Below the pieces are notes generated by a model, which ran no database searches, had not been told where the DNA came from, and worked only from the letters and a program-made list of their open reading frames with translations. From a virus (taxonomy: Duplodnaviria > Caudoviricetes): DNA of 64,000 bases. The DNA lies in the IMG/VR virus record IMGVR_UViG_3300002515_000003, positions 96,001-160,000 of that record; one strand, given 5' to 3'. The position numbers were made by a program, and so were the translations under genes. Positions 43,409-54,208 of the stretch are shown piece after piece; positions within the stretch are counted from its first letter, which is position 1, and every line of letters starts with the position of its first letter.

Positions 43409-46400
43409 TTAATATATTTCCCATCCATCTAAACTATTGTTAAATTCATTTTTCTTTGTCTGCCATTTGTCATTTTCATCCTTATACTTTTTAGGTTTCT
43501 TGGACTCTGATAAGATATGAACTATATCCCCTACTATTATAGGATTTTCAGAGAATAACATATAGTCAGATAATTTATATCTTACTTCTATACCTTTTTT
43601 AATATCATACATATTTAGATATCTAGTAGTACCACGTTTATTTTTAAACTCATCAATTTTTATTACATAGTATAAGTCTTTAACATCTAATTGTGTTATA
43701 GGATAGCCTAAATACTCTATTTCAGCGAATAATTTATCTTTGAGAAGGATGTCTTTATCTTCTATTTTCTCTATTAGTTCTTTTATAAGACCACTTATAT
43801 CAACTTCCTTATATGTTTTTGCAGTAGATTTTCCTGCGTACTTATCCATTAATGCTTCTGTTAAGCCTAACTCTTCTAAATCTGATTTTTTAAATTGTTT
43901 TCTTGTATATAAATTAGTATAATAATCATTAATATCTAATAGTTTTTTTGACTTACCAAATTCAGAAAAGTAATCGAGTTTAATTAATGCTGTTAATTGA
44001 CGTATATTTATATTAATTTTTTCAGTTATATCTTTTAATAGGTCTAAGAAATCATTATAAGTATTATCTCTTAACTTATATAGTTGATTAGCACATAATT
44101 CATTTAAGTATTTAATAGAACCTACGCCTTTATATATTATATTAGTTTCTTTATCACATTTATATTGACCTATGGAATATCTAAATTGACAATTTTTAAG
44201 TTTAAATCCTTTGACTTTTACTAATTCTACTCCATTTGTTATGTCATCTTTAGTTTCAGCCCAATTTAAATACGAAGTAGTAAATTCTAATGGATGATAA
44301 CATCTTAGATAAGCACAGTAATAACCATTCATAGAATATCCTGTGGAGTGATTGTATCCAAATTGATATTCTGAAGAATCTGATATAATTTGAATAAACT
44401 CTTTTGCTTCTTTTTCTGCAATTTCTCTAGGCTGAGAAGACACCTTACAATATCCTTCTAGTATTTTTGGAAGTTGTTCTTTAAGTCCTTTAATATCCTT
44501 ATGTCCAATACATCTTCTAGTTGTGTCTGCATCTGAACCACTAAACCCACAAATATCTGTTAGGAATTTTATTGTATCTTCCTGAAATATTAACCATCCT
44601 TTGTTATCCTTTAATAGTGTGTCTATTTCCTCTGATGGATTAACGTTATACTCACCACGGATTAACTTATCTCTGTAGGATTTACCCGAAGGTCTCAGCG
44701 AGGCATTCACCATCGACATATTATTGATTGTTTTACACTTGAATTGAGATATTAAGTCAAAGGCAAATTTACTTTCAAATTGAAATAAACCTACATTACT
44801 ACAGTTCATATCATTCCACACTAATTCATCGTTCCAATCCATCTTATCTGCATACTGCCAATCTTTATTTATAAGTTTATAAGTGTCCTGTATTACACCT
44901 ACAGTTTTTAATCCAAGTATATCAAATTTTACGAAATTTAAATGTTCTACAGCTTTCATAGAACAAAATGATATAGGGAAATTCTCGTCTCCACCCTTAT
45001 AATATATGCCCAAATTATCATAAAGAGTTATAGGACTTCCTATCATACCTGCTGGATGATTTCCTTTTGAAATTATAGTTCCTTTTATTCCATCAAAATA
45101 ATAAAATAATTCCTTATTGTCTTCTCTAAGTTTGTCCCAACCTTCTTTTAATTCTCTTATTCTATTCTTTTTTTCTTTATTTCTTATTATATTAGTATAT
45201 ATATCATAATCGTCAAAATTAGGAGATTTACTTGTAGCCTCCTCTAATTCTTCGAGATTAACTTCTTCTTGAATTATTTTAGAATATTCTTCAAATATAC
45301 TATCAAAGCTATTTTTTATTGTTTTAACAAAACCTATGTCATCATATTTTAATCCTTTTGAAAGCACATCAATACTTCCTCTATCTTGTATGGTGCTTAA
45401 AGACAATATGTATGATACATTTTTATTTCCAAATCTATCTATTATGTATTGATAAACTTTTTTTCTATCTGAGGGAGCGAAATCAGCGTCTATGTCGGCA
45501 AGAGACACTCTATCTGCGTTACAAAACCTTGAAAATACTGTATGCCACACTATAGGGTCTACATCTGTTATGTCTGTTATATATGCTATTAAACTACCTC
45601 CCACTGAACCTCTACATGGGGATGAGTGTATTTTATTTTCTCTACACCAAGTCATTAACTCTGACATAAACATCATAAAGCTACCCATCTTTTGACCACT
45701 CATAGCTTTATATTCTTCGTTTATTTTCTGCTTATATTCTTTTATTTTGCTTTTATCTATAATATGTTTATCTAGTTTCTCTTTTAACTTATTTTTAATA
45801 AGAGTCTTCCATTGCTCATTTTCATTATCTCCATAAAGAGTAGGATATTTAAATGTTTTATCTAATGTGAATTCTTCTACCATATCAGCAAATTTGTTTG
45901 TATTATCAATAGCTTCCATATATACTTCTTTTGGTAAAGCGTCTTGATTTTCATAACTTTTAATTAATTCATCATAGTTTTTCCAAGTTAAGTCAAAAGC
46001 ATCTTCATCACCATAAAAACTTTCTTTGGCTATTTGAAGTATTTTTCTACATTCAGCCTTATAAGCAGTTGATGAATGAGTGTCTGTCCCAGAAATCAAT
46101 GGAATGTTGTATTCTTTAGACCATTTATATAGTTGTTTATTAAATTCAATTTGATGGATATGGTTATGATATTGTATTTCTAAAAAACACCTATCATTAT
46201 TTTTAGATAACCATGCTAATAATTCATTTCTTTTTTCTATATTATAATCGTATAATTCTTTTCCATCTTCTTTTTCTAGAATCTCTTTATCACTAAGCCT
46301 CCATAGAGGAGAAGATATACAAGCAGTTGTAATTATAATATTCACACTAGTATTCATTAACTCTTCAAAAGATATTCTAGGGTTATAATACATATGTCTA

Positions 46401-46753
46401 TCAGTTTTATCTTCTTTTATTCCTTTAGAAGTAGATAAAGCCATCAAAGTGTTGAGTTCCTTAACTCCTTCCCAATTCTTAGCATATAAACCTATATGCC
46501 ATCCTCTGATATTGTCCTTTAAATTAATACATAAATAAAGCTCAACGCCATGTATATATTTTATATTATTTTTATCGCAAGATTGTTTCTTTTTTACCCA
46601 ATCATATATTCCTCCATGATTACTAAATGCAATAGCTTTCATATTACATTTTTTAGCTAATTGAATATATTCATCAAATTTAGTACATGAGTCGGCATAT
46701 CCATTACAATTTGATGTATCGTCATGTAAATGTTGCACCACATAGTTATCCAT
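43409..46753 (-). CDS. dnaE: DNA polymerase III alpha subunit (family C)
   Basis: PHP (HLH..D..HG..GVE), RGSVGGSL, ADIDADF, HPAG, KFDILGLK, LFQFES, FGYNHS. Confidence 0.96.
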   Translation of the reverse strand: MDNYVVQHLHDDTSNCNGYADSCTKFDEYIQLAKKCNMKAIAFSNHGGIYDWVKKKQSCDKNNIKYIHGVELYLCINLKDNIRGWHIGLYAKNWEGVKELNTLMALSTSKGIKEDKTDRHMYYNPRISFEELMNTSVNIIITTACISSPLWRLSDKEILEKEDGKELYDYNIEKRNELLAWLSKNNDRCFLEIQYHNHIHQIEFNKQLYKWSKEYNIPLISGTDTHSSTAYKAECRKILQIAKESFYGDEDAFDLTWKNYDELIKSYENQDALPKEVYMEAIDNTNKFADMVEEFTLDKTFKYPTLYGDNENEQWKTLIKNKLKEKLDKHIIDKSKIKEYKQKINEEYKAMSGQKMGSFMMFMSELMTWCRENKIHSSPCRGSVGGSLIAYITDITDVDPIVWHTVFSRFCNADRVSLADIDADFAPSDRKKVYQYIIDRFGNKNVSYILSLSTIQDRGSIDVLSKGLKYDDIGFVKTIKNSFDSIFEEYSKIIQEEVNLEELEEATSKSPNFDDYDIYTNIIRNKEKKNRIRELKEGWDKLREDNKELFYYFDGIKGTIISKGNHPAGMIGSPITLYDNLGIYYKGGDENFPISFCSMKAVEHLNFVKFDILGLKTVGVIQDTYKLINKDWQYADKMDWNDELVWNDMNCSNVGLFQFESKFAFDLISQFKCKTINNMSMVNASLRPSGKSYRDKLIRGEYNVNPSEEIDTLLKDNKGWLIFQEDTIKFLTDICGFSGSDADTTRRCIGHKDIKGLKEQLPKILEGYCKVSSQPREIAEKEAKEFIQIISDSSEYQFGYNHSTGYSMNGYYCAYLRCYHPLEFTTSYLNWAETKDDITNGVELVKVKGFKLKNCQFRYSIGQYKCDKETNIIYKGVGSIKYLNELCANQLYKLRDNTYNDFLDLLKDITEKININIRQLTALIKLDYFSEFGKSKKLLDINDYYTNLYTRKQFKKSDLEELGLTEALMDKYAGKSTAKTYKEVDISGLIKELIEKIEDKDILLKDKLFAEIEYLGYPITQLDVKDLYYVIKIDEFKNKRGTTRYLNMYDIKKGIEVRYKLSDYMLFSENPIIVGDIVHILSESKKPKKYKDENDKWQTKKNEFNNSLDGWEIY

Positions 46754-46771
46754 ATCTATTATCTCCTCTTT

Positions 46772-47986
46772 TTACAAATCTTTCAACCAATCATCGTCTT
46801 CTTCATTTTCTGTACTACTTTTATATTCTTCTTTTACAAAGAAATCTAAGCTATCCAAATACTCTTTGTATGGTTTATGCACTTTAGCCGAGTACCCACA
46901 GAGGTTCGAAAAGAAAAATTGATTAGTACCATCTATTTCAGTCCAAAATAGTTCTTCAGCTAAATCTATGTATTCGTTTTGTATTTTTTTATCATTTGTT
47001 TCTTTAACCATAAGCATTAATTGATTATATTGATGGGTTTTTACATTTATTTCATCAAGTGTATTTTTTACATTAGATTTTAAATCATCTACAACTTCTT
47101 GAGTTAAAGGTATTTCTACATAACAATCAGATACATTATATTTTTCTGATATATCTTTAGGAATATTATCTAAGTTATTATTTTCTATAGCAGTTTGAAC
47201 CATATCTTCTATTTCTAATTCATCATACCCACTTTCTTTTAACCACATTTTTAAATTATTTTCTAGTTTACAAACATATTCAGTTCTTAATCCTTTAGTT
47301 GTTTTAGTTTTATGCATTCCTGTTTCTTTATCAATTCCTTTTAATTGATATTCTATTAAACAGTATTTAAGAAACGACCACCTGATTATGATTTTATCAA
47401 TAGGAATTCCTTTTTGTATTAGTGATTCTGCATATAATATTAACTGAGCAGATTCTTTTTGAATCTTTTTACCAACATACATAGTCGAACTCTTCCAATC
47501 TGTAATTATAAAATTTCCTTTATCATCCTTATGTACACAGTCAATATAGCCCTGAAAGATATATTGACCTACTTTTATCGTCACAAATTGTTCTGTAATT
47601 ACTTTAAAAGGTATAACATTATGTTGCTGAAAGAATAGTCTCATGTTTGCTTCATATTTGTCTCCAAGCTTTCTATTTGCCTCTTCATCTTTTCTATTGT
47701 ATTTGAGTTCTGCTACATTCATCTCAAATAACTTATTCTCATATTGTGGCAACATTTCATCATAAGTTATTTCATTAGTGTATAGCTTTTCAATAATATC
47801 ATGTATGCCATTTCCTGAAACTCCCCAAATTGACGTTTTAGTTTCTTTTTCATGTTTTAGATATTTTAGCATCCAACCAAACGGGTCTGTTTTATATGAA
47901 TTGTATTTTGAAAAACTCCATAATTGGTCTACGTTATATTTCTTTTTAATTTTTTCTAATACTTGTTTAGATTTTCTTTCTCCCAT
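46772..47986 (-). CDS. PD-(D/E)XK exonuclease (Cas4/RecB-like)
   Basis: WSFSK, G..IH, TEQ, GYIDC..ITDWKS, QLILY. Confidence 0.85.
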   Translation of the reverse strand: MGERKSKQVLEKIKKKYNVDQLWSFSKYNSYKTDPFGWMLKYLKHEKETKTSIWGVSGNGIHDIIEKLYTNEITYDEMLPQYENKLFEMNVAELKYNRKDEEANRKLGDKYEANMRLFFQQHNVIPFKVITEQFVTIKVGQYIFQGYIDCVHKDDKGNFIITDWKSSTMYVGKKIQKESAQLILYAESLIQKGIPIDKIIIRWSFLKYCLIEYQLKGIDKETGMHKTKTTKGLRTEYVCKLENNLKMWLKESGYDELEIEDMVQTAIENNNLDNIPKDISEKYNVSDCYVEIPLTQEVVDDLKSNVKNTLDEINVKTHQYNQLMLMVKETNDKKIQNEYIDLAEELFWTEIDGTNQFFFSNLCGYSAKVHKPYKEYLDSLDFFVKEEYKSSTENEEDDDWLKDL

Positions 47987-48009
47987 ATTTCTAACTCCTT
48001 TTTATATTA

Positions 48010-49029
48010 TTATATGTATATTACTCTATTTAATAATACTTTGAATATTCTAATTCCCTTATCAATGCAACTATCTTTCTCTCCGAGTAATCCATACTCA
48101 TCGTATATATAACCTGTTTTTCTAAATATCTTAACTTTATTGCACATATCAATAGATAATTCTTCTTCCATATCTTTGTCCATTGCAAATATTAAAGTAA
48201 CATCTAAACTAATAAGTATTTTTATCTGTTCGTCAGAAAGGATATGACCTCCTAAAGCAACAGTGTTTTTAATACCCAGTGAGTGACATTTTAAAGTGCT
48301 TTTCTCCGCTTCAAAAATTATAACATAACCTGCTTCTTGTATATGTTTATAGTTTTCTTGTAATCCATATATATTCATAGATTTTGGAAACGATACTAAT
48401 GGAAAATATTTGGGAATTCCTAATTCTTTATAGTTTTCATCTATTGTTCTTCCTATTATTCCTGTATATTGATTATTGTTATTACTTGCCCAGTAACGCC
48501 AAGGCAAACAAACTCTATTTCTTAATCTACTATAACCTATACCAAATTCTTTCTGTGTATAAGGCATTATGCCCTCTCTAATCCAATCTATATAAGGAAT
48601 ACATATAAACTCTCTACATATATCTTCATTATATATTTGTAAATCTTCATTGGTAAAATCTATATGTTTTCTTTTAGCTTTTTTAAATATTTCTAATATA
48701 TCTTTTTTGCTTTCAACTTTTGTGGTTATAGTGTTTGTATACTCTAAGCCTAAGATTTTATGTATCACTCTAAGAGCTTGTGGAAATATTAGACTTTTTA
48801 TGTCCATAGTTAAAGTGTATATGTCGCCACTCATTTCATTACTTTTAGAATATACAATAGTTTTTAGTGTATTCTTCTTTATACAAACTGCATTACAATC
48901 ATCTCCATCAGGCAAAGCACACCTGTATTCTTTCTTATGTGGCTTTATATTAGTACATCCTAACCATTCTAATATAAGTACTATTTTCTCATTCTCTATT
49001 ATATATTGTTTAAGGTCATAGGGTTTCAA
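48010..49029 (-). CDS. dnaG: DNA primase (TOPRIM)
   Basis: GRT..PKY, IFEAEKS, ALGG, MDKD; TTG start. Confidence 0.85.
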   Translation of the reverse strand: MKPYDLKQYIIENEKIVLILEWLGCTNIKPHKKEYRCALPDGDDCNAVCIKKNTLKTIVYSKSNEMSGDIYTLTMDIKSLIFPQALRVIHKILGLEYTNTITTKVESKKDILEIFKKAKRKHIDFTNEDLQIYNEDICREFICIPYIDWIREGIMPYTQKEFGIGYSRLRNRVCLPWRYWASNNNNQYTGIIGRTIDENYKELGIPKYFPLVSFPKSMNIYGLQENYKHIQEAGYVIIFEAEKSTLKCHSLGIKNTVALGGHILSDEQIKILISLDVTLIFAMDKDMEEELSIDMCNKVKIFRKTGYIYDEYGLLGEKDSCIDKGIRIFKVLLNRVIYI

Positions 49030-49131
49030 AACTCTCCCTCCTAATACATATCGTATTTATTTTGTATTCTTTTATTGTATCACAACTTTATTATTATGTA
49101 TATGATTAACAATTAATTTTATATTATTATT

Positions 49132-50643
49132 TTACCAATCTGGATTAACAACGCATAATCCTACTTCAGAGTATATATTTCTCGAAAGGTCTACTTCCGT
49201 TACTATACAAAACTCATTAGAACGACCAAATCTATTTTTAACTAAAAATATCAATTGATAATGTTTGTCTAAATCCAATACAACTGGAAGTTTAGTTTTT
49301 TTGTTTTTACCACCTAATTTATATACTTTTAATTCATGCTTTTCACCTTCATATTCATCTGGTAGAACCCATCTTGTCATATAGCAACCACTTGCCACGT
49401 CTGCTACGTTCTTAGCTCCTGATATAGATTCCATTGTTAAGCATCTTTGCTTAACCGATTGCTTTGTCAATTGCATTGTACATAATAAACATACATTTCT
49501 TGCACTTGGCTTAATTAAATCATATAGCTTAACAGAATTCATTTGTAGTTCCAACCAATTATTATCACCTGCTTTTGATGTAGCATCGTATTTGAAGGTA
49601 TCAATAATATAGTATACTACTCCCATTGATGAGTATTTTTTTATTATTTTCATAGCTTTATCTGTCGTATAACTTTCTAAAGGTACAATATAAATTTGTT
49701 TATTATGCTCTTTTAACCATACAGCAGATTTTTTTAATTTATCCATATCTTCTTTACTAAAGTTTCCATTATTAATCTTATATTTCTGAAAATCCATCTT
49801 ATAAATGTTATTGGCTACCCATACTAATAATTCGGCTTTAGTTTTTTTATGGTCTTCTTCATTTATCATTATACATATTTTTTCACCTTTTTCTAATATA
49901 CTAGGCAGAATTAAACTCCTACAAAATGAACTTTTACCTGTTCCACTACTTCCTAATAACAAATAAAAGTTACCCCTATTTAAGCCATTTACTTCTGCAT
50001 TAAAGATAGGCATATCATAATAAGGTAAACCAATTGAACTTCCCTCATTAAGTTCTTGTATAAGGTCTTCTAACCCCTCTGATACATCGTAACTCTTATC
50101 TTCGCCTTCTGCATTTATAAATATATGATTAAACACGGCGTCATACTCGTCATATATGTCAGATGTTTTCATGTCAACAAAATCTTTTAATCTGTGTGCT
50201 ATTGGAAATTTTGCTTTAGCTAAACTTATAACCGTATTCCACTTCGTTAGTTCTTGTATATATCCATCAATATTTTCAACTTTTACATAAGTTTTAGCTA
50301 ATTCTATGATTTCATATCCACCGTATTCTATATATTTTTCTCTTAGTTTTGGATGTTTTTCTAAGTATAAATTTATAGTAATTTCATCTAACACAGTTTT
50401 ATTTTCTTTTACCATTAATGCGTTCCCAATAGCAAAATATACTTTCCATTCATTATGTAAAAAAGAAGATACGGTAAGTTTATCATAGTCATAAAATAAA
50501 TCTGGTTGCTTAAATAATATAGATACGATATTACTTTCACATATCTTTTTATATTCTCTTATTTGCTTTAAAGCCTTTATTTCTGCTTCGCTAAAATCAG
50601 GTTTATCTTTTTTTATTGCCATAATGCATCTCCTTTTTACCAC
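49132..50643 (-). CDS. dnaB: DnaB-like replicative helicase
   Basis: GSSGTGKS, INEE, IIDTFK, TMQL, VKNRFG. Confidence 0.9.
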   Translation of the reverse strand: MVKRRCIMAIKKDKPDFSEAEIKALKQIREYKKICESNIVSILFKQPDLFYDYDKLTVSSFLHNEWKVYFAIGNALMVKENKTVLDEITINLYLEKHPKLREKYIEYGGYEIIELAKTYVKVENIDGYIQELTKWNTVISLAKAKFPIAHRLKDFVDMKTSDIYDEYDAVFNHIFINAEGEDKSYDVSEGLEDLIQELNEGSSIGLPYYDMPIFNAEVNGLNRGNFYLLLGSSGTGKSSFCRSLILPSILEKGEKICIMINEEDHKKTKAELLVWVANNIYKMDFQKYKINNGNFSKEDMDKLKKSAVWLKEHNKQIYIVPLESYTTDKAMKIIKKYSSMGVVYYIIDTFKYDATSKAGDNNWLELQMNSVKLYDLIKPSARNVCLLCTMQLTKQSVKQRCLTMESISGAKNVADVASGCYMTRWVLPDEYEGEKHELKVYKLGGKNKKTKLPVVLDLDKHYQLIFLVKNRFGRSNEFCIVTEVDLSRNIYSEVGLCVVNPDW

Positions 50644-51098
50644 AATCCATTTAATCTGTCATTTTTAATTTCTTTAGTCTTTTTTTTATAAATCGCCTTG
50701 CCATCGTCAACATTAACTTCAACTTTTGAACCTTGTATTTTAGCCTTTTCAACTCTATTCATTTTATCAACTACATCATTAATTTTATTTTCAATTATTA
50801 CCATCATATAGTTAAATTTATGTCCTTCATTCTGAAAAACTCTTTCATTATTTTTAAATCCATTAATTATCTCGAATTTATATAATTTAAAAGTGGTTGA
50901 TATTTGTTTATAAGTATAATGTGCTAAAGGTTTTGTACGTTTATTTGCCATGAATTTTCCTTGTGAAAGACCTTTGAGCCGAAGAACTAAATTTTTAGGC
51001 AAGTTTTTATCAGTATATCCCAATACACTTCTTTTTACATACTCATATAATTCATTCCATTCTTCAATTTCTTGTTTTGTCATACTTTCGCTTTCCAT
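50637..51098 (-). CDS. Replication-module hypothetical protein
   Basis: 153 aa between helicase and ATPase, as in SPbeta-like replication blocks. Confidence 0.7.
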   Translation of the reverse strand: MESESMTKQEIEEWNELYEYVKRSVLGYTDKNLPKNLVLRLKGLSQGKFMANKRTKPLAHYTYKQISTTFKLYKFEIINGFKNNERVFQNEGHKFNYMMVIIENKINDVVDKMNRVEKAKIQGSKVEVNVDDGKAIYKKKTKEIKNDRLNGLW

Positions 51099-51172
51099 AT
51101 ATTTATCACCTCTTAAAATTAAAAATATAAGGACAGAATTAATCCATCCTTATTAAGTTGTATATTATTATT

Positions 51173-52138
51173 TTATTTTAATGTTTTAAGAAAACTAATT
51201 AATTGTTTTAAAACATCAACATCAGTTGTATCTAATTGCTTTACATCTATGTTTAATTCACTTAATTTATCTTTAACAGTATTAGTTTTATCCTTATCGG
51301 CTCTATTTTCTTTTAAGAATGATATAATTTCTAAGCCTAATTCATGTGATAATTCTGCATTGTTTAAAACACCTTTTACTGAATCTTTTAAGTTTTTAGA
51401 ATAATTAGCATCCATAGTTTTACCTGATTTTCTTTCTTCAAAAACGGGTTTCCATATATCAAAAGTGCAATTTTCTATTATCGCTCCTACTTTTGTAGCG
51501 TGAGTTCTATCTTTTACTACTTCTGCAAAATATTTTATGTCCTTAGTTTTTTTATCCATTTCTGTGTAAAATCTAAGAATAACATCATAATCAAAAGGTA
51601 GTTGTTTATGAACATCTGGCTTATATCCTATAACTACATTTTTATCGTCTGTTAAATCTAAACCCTGAGCAGTTGATACTATATGTATACCTTTAGCCGA
51701 TGCAGTTATTTTTGCTTGTTGTAGCTTCATACTTATATTTTTTATTCTTGACCACTTGGCTCTTGCATCTACCGCTTTACCATTAGTTCTTGCTTTTTTC
51801 TCTTCTACTTCAGTAGCACTAATGTCCATTGTGTTATAAAACTTAGTTTCACTATCTATCATCAAGGTTTCTACGCCTTCAACGTCTCCTTCTATAATAG
51901 CATCTAAAGATTCTTCTAATTCGTCTAAGTCTGATGTGTTATTTACTAAAAGTAGATTGTTATAAGTTTTACCACCTATAACAATATCTTTGCCTTCATC
52001 AAATGCTAATCCTGCCTCAGAATCTATGCAGGCTATGGAGGGACATGAAAGTCCAAACCAGCTCTTACCTTCATGTGTTTTACCAAATACTAAAAATTTA
52101 CCACCTATTCTTGTTGTTTGTGCTTTTCTAAATCCCAT
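51173..52138 (-). CDS. AAA_24/Sak4-like ATPase
   Basis: GKTHEGKS, IDSE, MIDSET, FDYDV, KDRT. Confidence 0.82.
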   Translation of the reverse strand: MGFRKAQTTRIGGKFLVFGKTHEGKSWFGLSCPSIACIDSEAGLAFDEGKDIVIGGKTYNNLLLVNNTSDLDELEESLDAIIEGDVEGVETLMIDSETKFYNTMDISATEVEEKKARTNGKAVDARAKWSRIKNISMKLQQAKITASAKGIHIVSTAQGLDLTDDKNVVIGYKPDVHKQLPFDYDVILRFYTEMDKKTKDIKYFAEVVKDRTHATKVGAIIENCTFDIWKPVFEERKSGKTMDANYSKNLKDSVKGVLNNAELSHELGLEIISFLKENRADKDKTNTVKDKLSELNIDVKQLDTTDVDVLKQLISFLKTLK

Positions 52139-52238
52139 TAATAATTCCTCCTCTAAATATATTTATGATTTAACTTTATATTTTTTTATATTATTATATT
52201 AATAAGGGGAATTGCACCCCTATTTATGTATTTTTATA

Positions 52239-53525
52239 TTATAAATCTGATAACCAATCTTCGTCCTCATCATCATCTTTACTGTCATCTTTTAATGCTT
52301 CGTCTAAATCCTTATCCTCTTTATCACTTGTTTGTTCGTCCTTCTTTTCCTCTTTATCCTCAACAATAACCTCTTCTTTATTGTCTTGTTTAACAGGTAC
52401 TAATGCACCAATTATCATAAGTGGATTAACATCATCTTCCTCATAAGCATCTATAACTTTATCTATAGAAGGCATTTTTACATCCTCACCAATATATTTA
52501 ATATGAGGCTTACTTATTACCATTGTTTCAGGTTTCTTACCACCATTTTTTAATGCAATTTGACCTAAAATTTCATCTTTATCTATGTAACCTAAATCTA
52601 TTAATTCTTTAATGTCATCTGGAATATCATCTTCTGTAACTGAAACAGTGTTTAAATCACCTTTTGTAAAATAGCCATCTACAGTTAATTGAGTTAATTT
52701 CTTACCTTTTACTTTAAATACTCTTAACATTTTTTTAACTTGCTCCATATCTTCGCCCATTTTGAAATCAAGTGTTTTTACTATTGGTAAATTAGTTCCT
52801 TGTTTAGTTTTACCTTTAACAAGATGTCTTATAACTTTGCCATCAAATTCTTTCATATAATCTACTACTAATCCTGTAATTGGTACTGTCATAGTTTCTT
52901 TGTCTGGTTTTCCTATAGAGTCTGAGTCTAATATAATAGATTGTGTAAAGGATGCTCTGAAATCTTTGTACTCAGCCTTTGATAATACTAATGATGTAAT
53001 TTCTTTCTTAACTTGTATTGCATCATTGTATCTTGAATACTTTAAATCGCCTTTGACATTAACCACAGTACCATCTTGTAAGTTTTCTTCAGCATATTTA
53101 ATACCATCATAAGCTGATAAGAATTTCTTATATTCAACTTTATCATTTTCTTTAGTTAATCCTACTGTAAAGAAGTTTCTATCTCCACAAGAAGCTACTA
53201 TCTCTTCGTCAAATCTATCTTCCCAATCAATAGTGAAAAAGTTTTTAAAATCATCTACATCAAACCCTGCTTCATTTTTCTTCTTACCATGTACCATAAT
53301 TTTATTTTGTCTTTCTGTGCCATAACCAGACATTACATCAGCATAAATCATTCCATTGTCTCCGCAATCTACTGCTAAGTTCATGTGATTATATACCCAA
53401 TCAGAATCCTCTTTTTTACTTTCCATATCTATTTTAAATGTAAAGTCTGAAACTTTAGCTTTTCCTACTAAATTAAATGATGCAGTACCTTTTTTTAATT
53501 GTGTTAAAACTACTTCCTTAGCCAT
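52239..53525 (-). CDS. Putative single-stranded DNA-binding protein
   Basis: OB-like VNVKGDLKY, acidic tail ending DEDWLSDL; position in replication block. Confidence 0.65.
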   Translation of the reverse strand: MAKEVVLTQLKKGTASFNLVGKAKVSDFTFKIDMESKKEDSDWVYNHMNLAVDCGDNGMIYADVMSGYGTERQNKIMVHGKKKNEAGFDVDDFKNFFTIDWEDRFDEEIVASCGDRNFFTVGLTKENDKVEYKKFLSAYDGIKYAEENLQDGTVVNVKGDLKYSRYNDAIQVKKEITSLVLSKAEYKDFRASFTQSIILDSDSIGKPDKETMTVPITGLVVDYMKEFDGKVIRHLVKGKTKQGTNLPIVKTLDFKMGEDMEQVKKMLRVFKVKGKKLTQLTVDGYFTKGDLNTVSVTEDDIPDDIKELIDLGYIDKDEILGQIALKNGGKKPETMVISKPHIKYIGEDVKMPSIDKVIDAYEEDDVNPLMIIGALVPVKQDNKEEVIVEDKEEKKDEQTSDKEDKDLDEALKDDSKDDDEDEDWLSDL

Positions 53526-53636
53526 ATGTATATACTCCTTCTGCGTTAGTCGCCACTAAATTATTGTATTATTGATTTTATATTATATTGGTTTTAATGG
53601 ATTTCTGAATCAAATAGATTTTCTATTGTCTTTACA

Positions 53637-53837
53637 TTAATTGCCATATACTGATGCAATTCCTGCTATAATCAATATAATACCCATTAATCCTAGTGGA
53701 ATCCATAATGGACATAATACCCATAACCAACTCCATGCAATATAATGTGTTAATTTTAATCCTACAAATAAGATTGTTAATAATCCACCAAATCCTATTC
53801 CACCTGTCGATGTGCTATTGTTTGAACTACTACTCAT
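53637..53837 (-). CDS. Small membrane protein (66 aa)
   Basis: GGIGFGGLLTILFVGLKL..IAWSWLWVLCPLWI; AGGAG RBS before ATG 53837. Confidence 0.75.
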   Translation of the reverse strand: MSSSSNNSTSTGGIGFGGLLTILFVGLKLTHYIAWSWLWVLCPLWIPLGLMGIILIIAGIASVYGN

Positions 53838-54208
53838 AATAATTCTCCTTTTATATGTATTGTTCTTTTGTATTATTATAGTTTTAATACTTCTAAATAT
53901 TAGGTGCTCGACTTCTCTTAATCGGCTTCCAATTATATCTTGAATTTGACATTCTCTCAGCTCCTTATTTTCTAATCGCATATCACCTCTCTGAGTGACC
54001 AATTAATGCAATTTTTAATTCTTATTTCCTTACTCTTTTATTCTACCATACATTTCCTTGACTTGTCAATACTTATTTTATATTATTATCAACTTATTTT
54101 ATTCGTAATTTACATTTTACCTCTCTGAGTAACCATTAATGTAATCTACTTCTTTATTGTATCATAGCATTATTTCTAATACAACCATTATTTTATATTT
54201 TTATAAGT

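Noticed and set aside
43409-46753. Intein or intron in dnaE (also checked nrdD, ligA, helicases)
   Set aside because: Normal lengths, continuous motifs, no intein splice-junction or LAGLIDADG signature noticed
53838-54002. N-terminal extension of the 121-aa track ORF
   Set aside because: Strong RBS directly before ATG 53837 indicates the shorter 66-aa membrane protein is the main product
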